From Crocosphaera subtropica ATCC 51142 (lineage in GTDB: Bacteria > Cyanobacteriota > Cyanobacteriia > Cyanobacteriales > Microcystaceae), in the NCBI RefSeq assembly GCF_000017845.1, contig NC_010546.1, positions 360,001 to 392,000 of the forward strand: a DNA stretch of 32,000 bases, in the 5' to 3' direction. The notes below the pieces were generated by a model that did not search any database, was not told the DNA's origin, and saw nothing but the letters and a program-made list of their open reading frames with translations. Shown piece after piece: positions 1 through 9,599 of this stretch (within the stretch, counting starts at the first letter, position 1; each line of letters begins with the position of its first letter). The translations under genes were made by a program, and so were the position numbers.

Positions 1-37
1 TGCGGTTTTTAGCCATTTTCCCTACTGCGTGGATCAT
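1..37 (-). CDS. 5' end of an ORF running off the window, possibly the permease partner of the upstream NrtA-like binding protein
   Basis: An ATG at 37..35 (minus strand) is preceded by GGAGGA, and the frame stays open to the window edge. It lies 61 nt downstream of the binding-protein gene on the same strand. Only 12 codons are visible. Confidence 0.3.
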   Translation of the reverse strand, partial: MIHAVGKMAKNR

Positions 38-70
38 TGTTTCTTCCTCCGAACTCCTGTCTCCTATTTG

Positions 71-89
71 CCCCCATTTATAAGGGGGG
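71..89 (-). promoter_or_regulatory. Short GC hairpin between the binding-protein gene and the next ORF
   Basis: The run CCCCC (71-75) pairs with a GGGGG run (84-89) around an AT loop. Hairpins in this position are common in ABC operons. Confidence 0.3.
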
Positions 90-98
90 TTGGGGGGA

Positions 99-1442
99 TT
101 AAACAAACCCAAAAATCTGAGGACCATTGGCACGAATAGGAAATTGATTCAAATACGCTACCGGATTACTAGGATCAAACGATCGCCCATCAATAAAAGC
201 GGTGTTCGTTTCCTTTTTCATATTATTACTGGGTAAGGGAATATTTAACGCTTCAGCCACCTCTTCATAGATAGTAATGGGATAGATTTTATCTAATAAT
301 TTATCTGCTTCTTTCGGATAGTCATAAATGTCTAAATCGTGCCAACGAATCATCTGAGTTAACATCCAGACTGCATGGGAACGCCACGGATAATTTGCGC
401 AATCATTTTCTCCTAAATAGTCTGCTTCTCTGTGATGAAAAATAGTATAATCGGGTATGAATCGCTGATAATTTTCAGAGGTTTCATAACTATAAGAATA
501 GTTCCCCATTAAGGTCGATTCAATCAAACTGGTATCGAGGTTTAAATAATCAGGTTGTGCTAAAATAGCAGCAACTTCTGTCTGATTTTCCAAGCGATCG
601 CAATATTGACAAGCTTCGATAACAGCAGCCATCAACGCCCTTGTTGTGTTGGGATGTTTCTTGGCCCAACCGTCCATCGTAGCTAATATTTTATTAGGAT
701 GGCCCTGCCAAATATCCCGACTCACATAACTAACAAAACCCGCTTTTTCTAATACTGTTTGTTGATTCCAAGGGGAAGACGCGCTATAACCATCAATCAT
801 CCCTGCTTGCAATTTATAAATCATTTGAGAAGCAGGAAACTCCACTAATTCTACTTCTGTTTTGGGCATTAAACCGATAGCAGATAACCAATAACGAGTC
901 AAATAAGTATCAGTCGAAAAAGCAGAATCTACTGCCAAATTAACAGGGGTTTCACGGTTTCGCCAGTAGCGTCTAATATTCTCTTCAAAGTCAGTAAAAT
1001 TGAAATAATCCACCGATGGACGTATTCCTGCGTCCCAAGCTTTTTGAGTTATAGTAATAGCACTACTATTAAGATTTAAGGTCATTAAAGAGATTAATGG
1101 GGCTTCATCTTCTCCTAATTGTGCCAAGATGGGGAAAGCATAAGGCAGTTGTCCTGCGTCCATTGTCCACCCTAGTAACTCTTCTTTGACCTCTTCCCAA
1201 GTTTCAAGTCGTTTTAGGGTAACAGACAAGCCATAACGCTCAAAAAACCCCTTTTCCTGAGCAACAATTAAGGGGGCTGCATCCCCATTCGGCACGTATC
1301 CGAGAATTAGGTTAGACTTTTCTAACGTGCCAAAATTTACATCAGTTTTTTGTTGATTGAAGATATCAACTTTACTACAAGCTGCAACCCCTAAACTTGC
1401 TAACCCTAAACCACTGTATTTAATAAAATTGCGACGTTTCAT
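99..1442 (-). CDS. ABC transporter substrate-binding lipoprotein, NitT/TauT family (NrtA/CmpA-like)
   Basis: 447 aa. The N-terminus RRNFIKYSGLGLASLGVAACS looks like a Tat/lipoprotein signal. The segment LGYVPNGDAAPLIVAQEKGFFERYGL matches the conserved NrtA/CmpA N-terminal block. Confidence 0.8.
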   Translation of the reverse strand: MKRRNFIKYSGLGLASLGVAACSKVDIFNQQKTDVNFGTLEKSNLILGYVPNGDAAPLIVAQEKGFFERYGLSVTLKRLETWEEVKEELLGWTMDAGQLPYAFPILAQLGEDEAPLISLMTLNLNSSAITITQKAWDAGIRPSVDYFNFTDFEENIRRYWRNRETPVNLAVDSAFSTDTYLTRYWLSAIGLMPKTEVELVEFPASQMIYKLQAGMIDGYSASSPWNQQTVLEKAGFVSYVSRDIWQGHPNKILATMDGWAKKHPNTTRALMAAVIEACQYCDRLENQTEVAAILAQPDYLNLDTSLIESTLMGNYSYSYETSENYQRFIPDYTIFHHREADYLGENDCANYPWRSHAVWMLTQMIRWHDLDIYDYPKEADKLLDKIYPITIYEEVAEALNIPLPSNNMKKETNTAFIDGRSFDPSNPVAYLNQFPIRANGPQIFGFV

Positions 1443-1471
1443 AAATAATTTTAACTAATAATTTTGTATTT

Positions 1472-1843
1472 TTAGGGATTAATAAAAGGACTCACATCCT
1501 GCGCCGGACAGTCTGCCAAAGCTGCTAAATTAATCGGTTTTTGTCCAAGACTAGACGGTACATAAGTGTAAGCTAAATCAACCCCTTGGTTATTAATGGA
1601 CACTTGCCAGTAATTTTCATAATCTACAGTTCCCACAGAAATAGATCGAATTGTAACAGGTTGAGGTGTGGTTTCGCCACAGGGTTCGCAAAAAAGATAA
1701 ATTAATTGATTAAGTTTGAGAAACGTTGCTGCTTTTAACGCTTGTTCTTTATCTACATAAGAACATTGATCAGCATAAGCCATCTGGGTTGAAAATGAAA
1801 TGATTGTAATGGCTAAAAGTATGATTTTGAAGAATTTTAACAT
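1472..1843 (-). CDS. Secreted hypothetical protein (signal peptide, 4 Cys)
   Basis: 123 aa with a hydrophobic N-terminus ending AYA-DQ. It lies 29 nt upstream of the NrtA-like gene on the same strand. I recognise no domain. Confidence 0.5.
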   Translation of the reverse strand: MLKFFKIILLAITIISFSTQMAYADQCSYVDKEQALKAATFLKLNQLIYLFCEPCGETTPQPVTIRSISVGTVDYENYWQVSINNQGVDLAYTYVPSSLGQKPINLAALADCPAQDVSPFINP

Positions 1844-1940
1844 AATTAACTCACTAAATTTATTTTTGATTATTTTTTAGGGTGTATAATAATCATAACC
1901 CTTTGCTATAATAAATCAAATAAATTTCTTTAAGCTAATT

Positions 1941-2147
1941 ATGTTAGAGCTAGATGATCTTAATCTTCATATTCAATATATTACCAATGACCTTGGGGAA
2001 AAAACTGCTGTTATTTTACCTATTACTGAATTTGAAGAACTTTTAGAAGATTTAGAAGATTTAAAAACTATTGCTGATAGAAAAGATGAAGAAACTATTT
2101 CCCATGAAGCAGTAATTGCTGAACTTAAAGAAGATGACATCTTATAA
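1941..2147 (+). CDS. Type II antitoxin (Phd/YefM- or RelB-like)
   Basis: 68 aa and acidic. The motif KTAVILPITEFEELLEDLEDL is typical of small cyanobacterial antitoxins. The 3' end overlaps a RelE/ParE-like start. Confidence 0.6.
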   Translation: MLELDDLNLHIQYITNDLGEKTAVILPITEFEELLEDLEDLKTIADRKDEETISHEAVIAELKEDDIL

Positions 2148-2187
2148 AATCGTTTGGAAAAAATCAGCCCAAAAAGACTTAAAATAA
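2134..2187 (+). pseudogene. 17-codon stub of a RelE/ParE-family toxin
   Basis: It translates as MTSYKIVWKKSAQKDLK followed by a stop. This is the canonical RelE/ParE N-terminus (YKIxxxxxAxKDLKKL). It overlaps the antitoxin by 14 nt and ends 17 nt before the sbcC stop. Confidence 0.45.
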
Positions 2188-2203
2188 AACTGTTCTACTT
2201 ATA

Positions 2204-5200
2204 TTAACTCACTAAATTAATTTTTGATCCTTCATTAGTTTTATACACTTCAATACGATTTTGAAAAGCTTCTTTAAATTGAGGCATGTGGGTAACTGCT
2301 AAAATACAAGAAAACTCAGAAGAAATAGCATTAATAGCTGCCACTAACCGTTCACATCCTTGTGCATCTTGAGTCCCAAAACCCTCGTCAATGATTAACA
2401 TTTGTAATGTCGTTCCTGCCCGTTGTGCTAATAATTTAGCTAAGGCTAAACGCACAGAAAAATTAATTCTAAATGCTTCACCTCCTGAATAAGTTTCATA
2501 AGCGCGAGTTCCTTTTGCATCAGAAATAATAATATCTAAAGTATCGATCATTTTAGCACTTTTTTTCCGAGAACTGCCACTTTTTCCTGCCCGTTGTGTT
2601 ATGAATCTGATATGAAATTGATTCCCTGTTAATCGTGATAAAATATTGTTAGTTTCTGTCTCTAATTGTGGTAAAACGTTTTCAATCATTAATAATTGAA
2701 TACCATTTTTACTAAACGCTTTACTTAATTCTGTATGAACCCGATATTGTTTACGAACATCGTTATATTCTTTTTCTTGTTCTTCTTGTTGTTTTTTCAA
2801 GCTTTCTAACTGAGATAAAGATTGTTCTATTCTTCCTTTTTGGCCGAGTAAATTATCTAATTGTTCTCTTTGTAATTGTAATTTTGTTTCTAAGATTTCA
2901 ATCTCTTGACTATGATCTTCAATGGTTTCTAATTGAGTAGATAACTGTTGTACAAATTTTTCTGTATCTTTTTGTTCTTCCTGATTATTATTAATTTTAG
3001 TTTCAATATTTTTTAACTGTTCTTGTAATTGAGGATAATCTTGTTTAACATCTTGTAATTTTTGATAATCAACCACACAAGATTGAGATTTACGAATATA
3101 ATCAGAAATCCGTTGATGATAGGATCGATCATAGTTTAAATTGTTTAATTCTTCTTCTATTTTATTTATTTCTTGTTTTAATTCTGAATTAGTTTCTAAG
3201 TTATTTCTTTCGGTTTCTAATTGTTCAAGTTTAGCAATAATTTCAGGTTTTTGTTGTTCGATTTTTTTCTGATTACCAATAGCATCTTCTATTCTTGCTT
3301 GTTTAATTTCTGCCCATCGTAACCTTTCAACTTCTCCCCTTGCTAATGCGTGGGTTTGTTCATCATAGTTAAGCTTTTCTAATCTTTGATTAATAATTTT
3401 AATCTCATTTTGTATATTCATTCCATAGGTTTCTGTATTAATTACATTTTCAATCATTTCTTTTTCTTTTAGTAATTTTTTTAGCTTAATTTTAACTTCT
3501 CCTGCTTGATCAAGTTGCGCTTCTATTCGAGAGAATTCTTGTTGTATATTTCCTGAAGTTTTTAGCTGATTTTCTAATTGTTTATCCTCACTAATTAATG
3601 ATTTAATATCTCGCTTAATAACGGATAATTCTTCTTGTAAAAACCAAATTTGTTGTTGCAGTTTTTCTTGTTGTTTATTTGTCTTATCAATGACATGATG
3701 GCGACGGTTTTCATCTAAGTCTTGCTCACACAAAGGACAAGTAGATTCTGGATTATTTAATAAGTTTATTTTTTGCTGTAATTCTTCTATTTTTTCTGTG
3801 TAATTTTTTTGATTAACAATTAATTTTTCTTGTGTTAGTTTTCTCTCTTGTGATTTCTCTTTAACTCTTTTTTGATAGACTTTTTGATTATCAATTTCTT
3901 GTATTTTGTTATCTAATTCTATAAGTAGTTGTCGTCTTTCGGGTATTTTTTCTAACTCTTGATGATACTGATTTTCTAAGTTTTCAAATTGTTCTAACTT
4001 AGCTTCTAAATTAGCTTTTAGTTTTTCTAATTCCGTTTCTAAGATTTGCTTTTGTTTCAATAAAGGTGTTACTGTATGTTGTAATTTATCTAATTCTTGT
4101 AACCGTTGTCGATGATTATTTAATTTTTCAACTGTTGCTTTAATATCATCAGCTTGACTGATTGTTTTTTGTAAGTCTTGTTCTTGTTCTGCTAATTGTT
4201 CTAAACGAGTTTGTTGTTGACGAATTTGTAACTGTAATTGATTATTTTTTTTGAAGATTTCTTGCTCAATTTTCTGTTTTTTCTGTTGAATATTTTGGGA
4301 AAGTTGGAATTGATGAGATAAGGTTTCTTCTTGTTTTTGTAGCAGTAGTAATTCTTCGTATTTTTCAGTCACTTCTTGTTCTTGATTAATAAGCTTATCT
4401 GCTTCATTAATTTTACGAACTAATTGAAACTGTTCTTGTTCTAATTCTTTGCTTTCTTTGTTTAAAGTTTGCTGTTTATTTTGATGCCATGTCAATTGTT
4501 CTATCCAAGCTTGACGATGACTATCTTTTTCTTTAATTTTCTGTAACTTATCTCTATGGACTTCTTGAGATTTTTGTAGCTGTTCAATCTCTTGATTCAG
4601 AGTTTTTTTCTGATTATTAATATCTTTCTTTTCTTCTAGTTGCTGTTTGATTCTATCTAGATTTAACTTAATTTGTTCCTCTTGCCCTTTATATTGTTTA
4701 GATAAATCTTTTGCTTTATCTGCTAAGGCTTGATAGTGATCTAATTTTAATAACTCTGCTAACACTTTTTTTCTATCGGCTGCACCCCGTAACATAAATT
4801 CATCAGCCCTTCCTTGACGTAAATAAGCTGAATTAATAAACGTATCATAATCTAATTTTAATGTAGAAAGAATAATTTCCTGAGTTGCTTTAATCCCTTT
4901 GCCACTCAAAGAAATAAACTCACCACTGCTATTAATTTGAAAGTCTAAAGTATTACTTCTCCCTCGTTGACGACTACGAATAATACGATAACTTTGTTCA
5001 TAGGAAATAAACTCAAAATCTACCCTAACATACTGAGCAGTAGTATGAATGATATCTTCATCTGAAGCCGTTCGACTTTTACCCCAAATTGCCCAAGTTA
5101 TTGCTTCTAATAAGGACGATTTTCCAGCACCATTTGCTCCACAAATACAAGCAGTATGTAACCCCCGAAAATCAAGGACAGTTTCTCGATAACTCAAAAA

Positions 5201-5230
5201 GTTTTTCAGGGTAAGTTGCAAAGGAATCAT
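2204..5230 (-). CDS. sbcC: SbcC/Rad50-family ATPase (exonuclease SbcCD subunit C)
   Basis: 1008 aa. It has an N-terminal Walker A (GANGAGKSS), a very long Q/E/K-rich coiled coil, a central CxxC zinc hook (STCPLCEQ), and C-terminal signature/Walker B motifs (YSGGEAFRINF, LIIDEGFG). Confidence 0.85.
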   Translation of the reverse strand: MIPLQLTLKNFLSYRETVLDFRGLHTACICGANGAGKSSLLEAITWAIWGKSRTASDEDIIHTTAQYVRVDFEFISYEQSYRIIRSRQRGRSNTLDFQINSSGEFISLSGKGIKATQEIILSTLKLDYDTFINSAYLRQGRADEFMLRGAADRKKVLAELLKLDHYQALADKAKDLSKQYKGQEEQIKLNLDRIKQQLEEKKDINNQKKTLNQEIEQLQKSQEVHRDKLQKIKEKDSHRQAWIEQLTWHQNKQQTLNKESKELEQEQFQLVRKINEADKLINQEQEVTEKYEELLLLQKQEETLSHQFQLSQNIQQKKQKIEQEIFKKNNQLQLQIRQQQTRLEQLAEQEQDLQKTISQADDIKATVEKLNNHRQRLQELDKLQHTVTPLLKQKQILETELEKLKANLEAKLEQFENLENQYHQELEKIPERRQLLIELDNKIQEIDNQKVYQKRVKEKSQERKLTQEKLIVNQKNYTEKIEELQQKINLLNNPESTCPLCEQDLDENRRHHVIDKTNKQQEKLQQQIWFLQEELSVIKRDIKSLISEDKQLENQLKTSGNIQQEFSRIEAQLDQAGEVKIKLKKLLKEKEMIENVINTETYGMNIQNEIKIINQRLEKLNYDEQTHALARGEVERLRWAEIKQARIEDAIGNQKKIEQQKPEIIAKLEQLETERNNLETNSELKQEINKIEEELNNLNYDRSYHQRISDYIRKSQSCVVDYQKLQDVKQDYPQLQEQLKNIETKINNNQEEQKDTEKFVQQLSTQLETIEDHSQEIEILETKLQLQREQLDNLLGQKGRIEQSLSQLESLKKQQEEQEKEYNDVRKQYRVHTELSKAFSKNGIQLLMIENVLPQLETETNNILSRLTGNQFHIRFITQRAGKSGSSRKKSAKMIDTLDIIISDAKGTRAYETYSGGEAFRINFSVRLALAKLLAQRAGTTLQMLIIDEGFGTQDAQGCERLVAAINAISSEFSCILAVTHMPQFKEAFQNRIEVYKTNEGSKINLVS

Positions 5231-5343
5231 ATGAATAAATCAGTCAAAAAAGCCATGGGTGCGAAGCTAGAGTTATCTAGTTTAACGATAAAACTTTGAG
5301 AACTTCTAGAGGATGTCTGCAAACTGTTACAATTATTGACAAT

Positions 5344-5490
5344 TTAACAAAGATTGAAAATTATATCAAACGTTGGGGCGGGTATCATTTCACCTCTAAA
5401 GTCTAATAATTGTACAATAACTAAGTAAGCAACTGCCAAAAAAATAGAAATAGCCCCAGTTATAATAGCGACAATTTTACCTTGATTCAT
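5344..5490 (-). CDS. Possible 48-aa single-pass membrane micro-protein (absent from the supplied ORF track)
   Basis: Manual translation gives MNQGKIVAIITGAISIFLAVAYLVIVQLLDFRGEMIPAPTFDIIFNLC. It contains one clear hydrophobic helix and sits in an otherwise empty 370-nt gap. The ribosome-binding site is weak. Confidence 0.3.
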   Translation of the reverse strand: MNQGKIVAIITGAISIFLAVAYLVIVQLLDFRGEMIPAPTFDIIFNLC

Positions 5491-5601
5491 AATTAATGGA
5501 TTCTCTTTTAAACAATCTGATTATCTATTATAGTTTCTAGATTCAAATGATGTATGATAAAAGCAATTTAAAAAATTCTCTTAACAAGGAGATAAAATAA
5601 G

Positions 5602-6036
5602 ATGTCTGAACTTAGTATGATCAAAGGTAGTTGTCTATGTGGTGCGGTCAATATTTCAACCTCTAGTATTAATCATCATCTAGCAGCCTGTCATTGTAAT
5701 ATGTGTCGTAAATGGGGTGGTGCAGCTTTATTAGGAGTTGAATGTAACGATGGTATCAGTTTTGAAGGGGAAGAAAATATTCAGGTATATCAATCTTCAC
5801 AATGGGCAGAACGTGGATTTTGCCAAAAATGTGGTAGTAATCTATTCTATAGATTAAAAGAAAATAATCACTACTATGTACCAGTAGGAATTTTTGATAA
5901 TGCTGATAATCTCGTTTTTGATTTAGAGGTTTTTATTGAAGAAAAGCCAAACTATTACTCTTTTGCCAATGAAACTAAGAAAATGACAGGAGAAGAATTA
6001 TTTTCTATGTTTTCATCTTCATCAGAAAAAGAATAA
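5602..6036 (+). CDS. GFA-family (glutathione-dependent formaldehyde-activating / CENP-V-like) zinc protein
   Basis: The cysteine pattern CLCGAV...CHCNMCRKWGG...FCQKCGSNLFY is diagnostic of the GFA domain. Confidence 0.8.
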   Translation: MSELSMIKGSCLCGAVNISTSSINHHLAACHCNMCRKWGGAALLGVECNDGISFEGEENIQVYQSSQWAERGFCQKCGSNLFYRLKENNHYYVPVGIFDNADNLVFDLEVFIEEKPNYYSFANETKKMTGEELFSMFSSSSEKE

Positions 6037-6081
6037 TTTGTCATTTGACCAGTAATGATAAAATAATATAACTGTTAGTGA

Positions 6082-6435
<354 letters not shown>

Positions 6436-6440
6436 AAATA

Positions 6441-6464
6441 GGGGCTTCCTATTATTAAGCCCCC
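6441..6464. terminator. Hairpin between convergent genes, a likely bidirectional terminator
   Basis: GGGGCTT (6441-6447) pairs with AAGCCCC (6458-6464), followed by a T-rich stretch (ATTTATTTTGTT). Confidence 0.5.
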
Positions 6465-6495
6465 AGATTTATTTTGTTATTAATTGGGTATTAAT

Positions 6496-6858
6496 TTAGT
6501 AAAAAGCATCTAAATCAATCGCTTTTGATCCACCCTCTTTTAACTGTTTTAATAAGCTTTCCAGTTGAATCCAAACTAAAGCAGCAATAAAGATGGTCAT
6601 GGGTAAAGAAATAGCATAAGATAGCCAACGATCAAAGAGAAAAATCTCTAATCCTGCGGATAAAAATACACAAATACCAATACAAATACCAAAAAAGGGT
6701 AACTGTAACCCTGAACCTTTTAGCATCTGATCAATGGGCTTTTTCAACATCGCATTAATCTGAGATTTTAGGGTTGCTTCAAACGCTAAACCACAGGTCA
6801 GACCAATAAATAGGCCGGCAACTACTAGAAAATAAGGAGGCTGAGGAAAATAGTACAT
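6496..6858 (-). CDS. Hypothetical integral membrane protein (about 3 TM segments)
   Basis: 120 aa with three hydrophobic segments. It lies 27 nt downstream of the ABC1 kinase gene on the same strand. Confidence 0.55.
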   Translation of the reverse strand: MYYFPQPPYFLVVAGLFIGLTCGLAFEATLKSQINAMLKKPIDQMLKGSGLQLPFFGICIGICVFLSAGLEIFLFDRWLSYAISLPMTIFIAALVWIQLESLLKQLKEGGSKAIDLDAFY

Positions 6859-6885
6859 AAAAGGCAGGGCTTGAATAATGATAGG

Positions 6886-8604
6886 TTAGTTGACATCGGC
6901 TGTGTCAGGAAGAATGGCTGCAACTCCTGCGGTAGAGAATTGTCGAAATGCCTTCATAGCAACACCAAATAATTGTTGAGGTTGAAGATCATCACTAATT
7001 AAAGCCCAAATTCGTTGAACTTCTTCGGTGTGTAAGCGATCGTCTTCGGTCAACGCTAACAATAATTGATGACGCAAATATCTTCCTTCATCAGACAACA
7101 AATATTGTAATCCTAATCGTGCCGTTGGCAGTAGATCAAATTGTTCATCAGAACGGGCAATACGGATCATATTTTCTAGTCGTTGCCACTGGAATTTACC
7201 ATTTTTAAATAATACTTCTAAGAGTCTTCTTCTCAGTTGAGGAGACTCTCCCGTTAATAACCGTCTGGCAACATAGGGATAGGCCACTTCCACAATTTTG
7301 AAGTTAGGATCAAGGCTAAGGGCTAACCCTTCTTGAGTAATTAATGAGCGAATAATTAACGCAAATTTCGCTGGAACTCTAAAGGGATATTCGTACATCA
7401 ATTCCGAAAAATCATCGGTGATGGTTTTGAAATTAAAATCCCCTACACTTTGCCCGATCGCATTGCCTAATACCCTTTCTAATGCAGGAATAATGGGTTC
7501 AATATCCGTATCAGGGGTTAAGAAACCTAACTTCACAAAGTCTCTGGCTAAGGCATCATAATCTTGATTGATTAACTGTACCACTGAACTAGCAATGGTT
7601 TCTTTGGTTTCTTCTTCTAACTGATCCATCATACCAAAATCAATAAATGCCATGCGGCCATCGAGGGTAGCAAACAGGTTACCTGGATGGGGATCAGCAT
7701 GGAAAAATCCGTGTTCTAGGAGTTGTCTTAACCCGGATGTGACTCCAATTTTAACGATCGCATAAGGATCAAGTCCAGCCGCCCTAATTTTGTCGGTATC
7801 AGTTAATTTATAACCCTGTATCCACTCTAAGGTTAAAATGCGATCGCTACTATAAGACCAATAAATGACGGGAACTTTAACATCGTCGTCATTTCTAAAG
7901 TTGGCTGCAAATTTTTCGGCGTTTCTCCCTTCGTTAACGTAGTCAATTTCTTCAAATAATTTCACCCCAAATTCATCGATAATCAGGGTTAAATCATGGC
8001 CTAGGTTAAGGGGTAAAAAGCGACCAAACTGACAAGCAGCCCAACGCATCAAGAAGAGATCACGGGTTAAAATGGGTCTGAGATTCGGCCGTTGTACCTT
8101 AACCGCCACTTCTTCTCCGGTATGCAACACCGCGCGGTAAACTTGTCCTAAACTGGCTGCTGCTACGGGATGGGGTGAAATCTCTCGATAGGCTTCATCA
8201 ATGCTGGTTCCCAGAGATTTTTCGATAATAGAGAACGCAATCTCGTTATCGAAGGGCGGGAGTTGATCCTGTAGCTTAATCAGTTCATCAAGAAAGTCAG
8301 GACGGATCAAGTCAGGACGGGTTGATAAAGCTTGACCCACTTTGATAAAGGTCGGTCCCAAACGGGTAAGAATTTGCCTTAATTCGGTTGCACATTTCTG
8401 TTTATTGTCTTTATCGGGGTTAAACCAGTGATCCCATTGAAGATGGAGCAAAAACCAGCCAAAAGACCAAATAATGGTAATAGCCCGTTGAATTACTTCC
8501 CAAGGATGTCGGTGGTAATAACGGGCGATCGCAGCAGCATCATAGCGTTTTTGCTGTTGGATATTTGAACTGGGGTCATATGATTCTATGGTTTGCCAAG
8601 TCAC
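6886..8604 (-). CDS. ABC1/UbiB-family atypical protein kinase
   Basis: 572 aa. The hallmark block is LGPTFIKVGQALSTRPDLIRPDFLDELIKLQDQLPPF. Kinase-like motifs FHADPHPGN and IDFG are also present. Confidence 0.9.
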   Translation of the reverse strand: MTWQTIESYDPSSNIQQQKRYDAAAIARYYHRHPWEVIQRAITIIWSFGWFLLHLQWDHWFNPDKDNKQKCATELRQILTRLGPTFIKVGQALSTRPDLIRPDFLDELIKLQDQLPPFDNEIAFSIIEKSLGTSIDEAYREISPHPVAAASLGQVYRAVLHTGEEVAVKVQRPNLRPILTRDLFLMRWAACQFGRFLPLNLGHDLTLIIDEFGVKLFEEIDYVNEGRNAEKFAANFRNDDDVKVPVIYWSYSSDRILTLEWIQGYKLTDTDKIRAAGLDPYAIVKIGVTSGLRQLLEHGFFHADPHPGNLFATLDGRMAFIDFGMMDQLEEETKETIASSVVQLINQDYDALARDFVKLGFLTPDTDIEPIIPALERVLGNAIGQSVGDFNFKTITDDFSELMYEYPFRVPAKFALIIRSLITQEGLALSLDPNFKIVEVAYPYVARRLLTGESPQLRRRLLEVLFKNGKFQWQRLENMIRIARSDEQFDLLPTARLGLQYLLSDEGRYLRHQLLLALTEDDRLHTEEVQRIWALISDDLQPQQLFGVAMKAFRQFSTAGVAAILPDTADVN

Positions 8605-8730
8605 AAGCGGTTACTAATGCCTCTGAATTCAAAATGGTTGAAAAATCAAGTATTTTAAAAATTGATATACAAAAGTATAAATATCTTAACTCTCTATTAT
8701 CCCTAATTTTCCTTTTTTTCGCAACATTTC

Positions 8731-9504
8731 TTAATCAACTACCCCATGTAACTCTTGGGGATTAATATGGGAGTGAACGATCTGGCCATCCTTAAACCAA
8801 ATCACCCGACGAGAGTGACGGGCCACCTCTGCCTCGTGAGTCACCACCACAACGGTAATGCCCACTTGATGGAGGCTTTCAAAGATATCTAAAACTTCCT
8901 CTGTGGTTTGGGAGTCTAACGCCCCTGTGGGTTCGTCAGCCAGGAGTAGAACCGGCTCGTTTACAATAGCGCGAGCAATAGCCACCCGTTGCTGTTGCCC
9001 TCCTGAGAGTTGATTGGGCTTGTTATTGATTCTGTTACCTAAACCTACTTTTTCTAACGCTTCCAGGGCCCGATTGCGTCGTTCTGTAGGGGATACCTCT
9101 CCATAAATCATGGGTAAAATGACGTTTTCTAATGCTGTCATTTGAGGCAAGAGATGGAACTGTTGGAAAACAAAGCCAATTTTTCCGTTACGGATCTCAG
9201 CCAACTGGGAATCCGGCAACCGTGACACATCTATGTTATCTAAATAATACCGTCCCGATGAAGGGCGGTCAAGACAACCCAGAATATTCATCAGCGTTGA
9301 TTTGCCTGACCCCGATGCCCCCATAATGGTGCAGTATTCTCCTTTTTCGATGGTTAAATTAATCTTATCTAAGGCTTTGACCTTTGTATTTTCACTGCCA
9401 TAGATTTTTGTAATTTCTTCTAGGCGAATAATAATCGGATGATAGTCATGGGAGGGACTGGGTTGAGATGATTTTTGGGTTAAAGAAAGACTTTCAGCCG
9501 TCAT
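8731..9504 (-). CDS. ABC transporter ATP-binding protein (MacB/LolD/DevA-like), with no adjacent permease
   Basis: Walker [10 protein letters not shown], signature [14 protein letters not shown] and Walker B LLLADEPT are all present. Confidence 0.9.
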   Translation of the reverse strand: MTAESLSLTQKSSQPSPSHDYHPIIIRLEEITKIYGSENTKVKALDKINLTIEKGEYCTIMGASGSGKSTLMNILGCLDRPSSGRYYLDNIDVSRLPDSQLAEIRNGKIGFVFQQFHLLPQMTALENVILPMIYGEVSPTERRNRALEALEKVGLGNRINNKPNQLSGGQQQRVAIARAIVNEPVLLLADEPTGALDSQTTEEVLDIFESLHQVGITVVVVTHEAEVARHSRRVIWFKDGQIVHSHINPQELHGVVD

Positions 9505-9599
9505 AATTAATCCAATTTTTTTTAATGGTTTAATTATAACATTTTCCTTGAGAGTTTAAAATCAAATCAGTTGTTATCATGACCGAAATTAAATAACTC

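Noticed and set aside
1844-1940. Possible NtcA site (GTA-N8-TAC) upstream of the secreted-protein / NrtA-like gene pair
   Set aside because: The only candidate is GTATAATAATCATA (GTA-N8-ATA), which lacks the TAC half-site. That is not enough to call nitrogen control.
2204-5230. The SbcC-like ATPase as the SMC-type component of a defence system (Wadjet, Lamassu or Gabija-like)
   Set aside because: No partner genes (kleisin-like, nuclease or helicase) are adjacent. The zinc hook and overall size fit ordinary SbcC.
8565-8765. 66-aa plus-strand ORF bridging the ABC1 kinase start and the ABC ATPase stop
   Set aside because: It overlaps the ends of two well-supported minus-strand genes. Its composition is low-complexity and AT-driven, and it has no recognisable motif. 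It is most likely spurious.
9132-9326. 64-aa ORF antisense to the ABC ATPase gene
   Set aside because: It lies entirely inside a confidently identified gene on the opposite strand and has no motifs.
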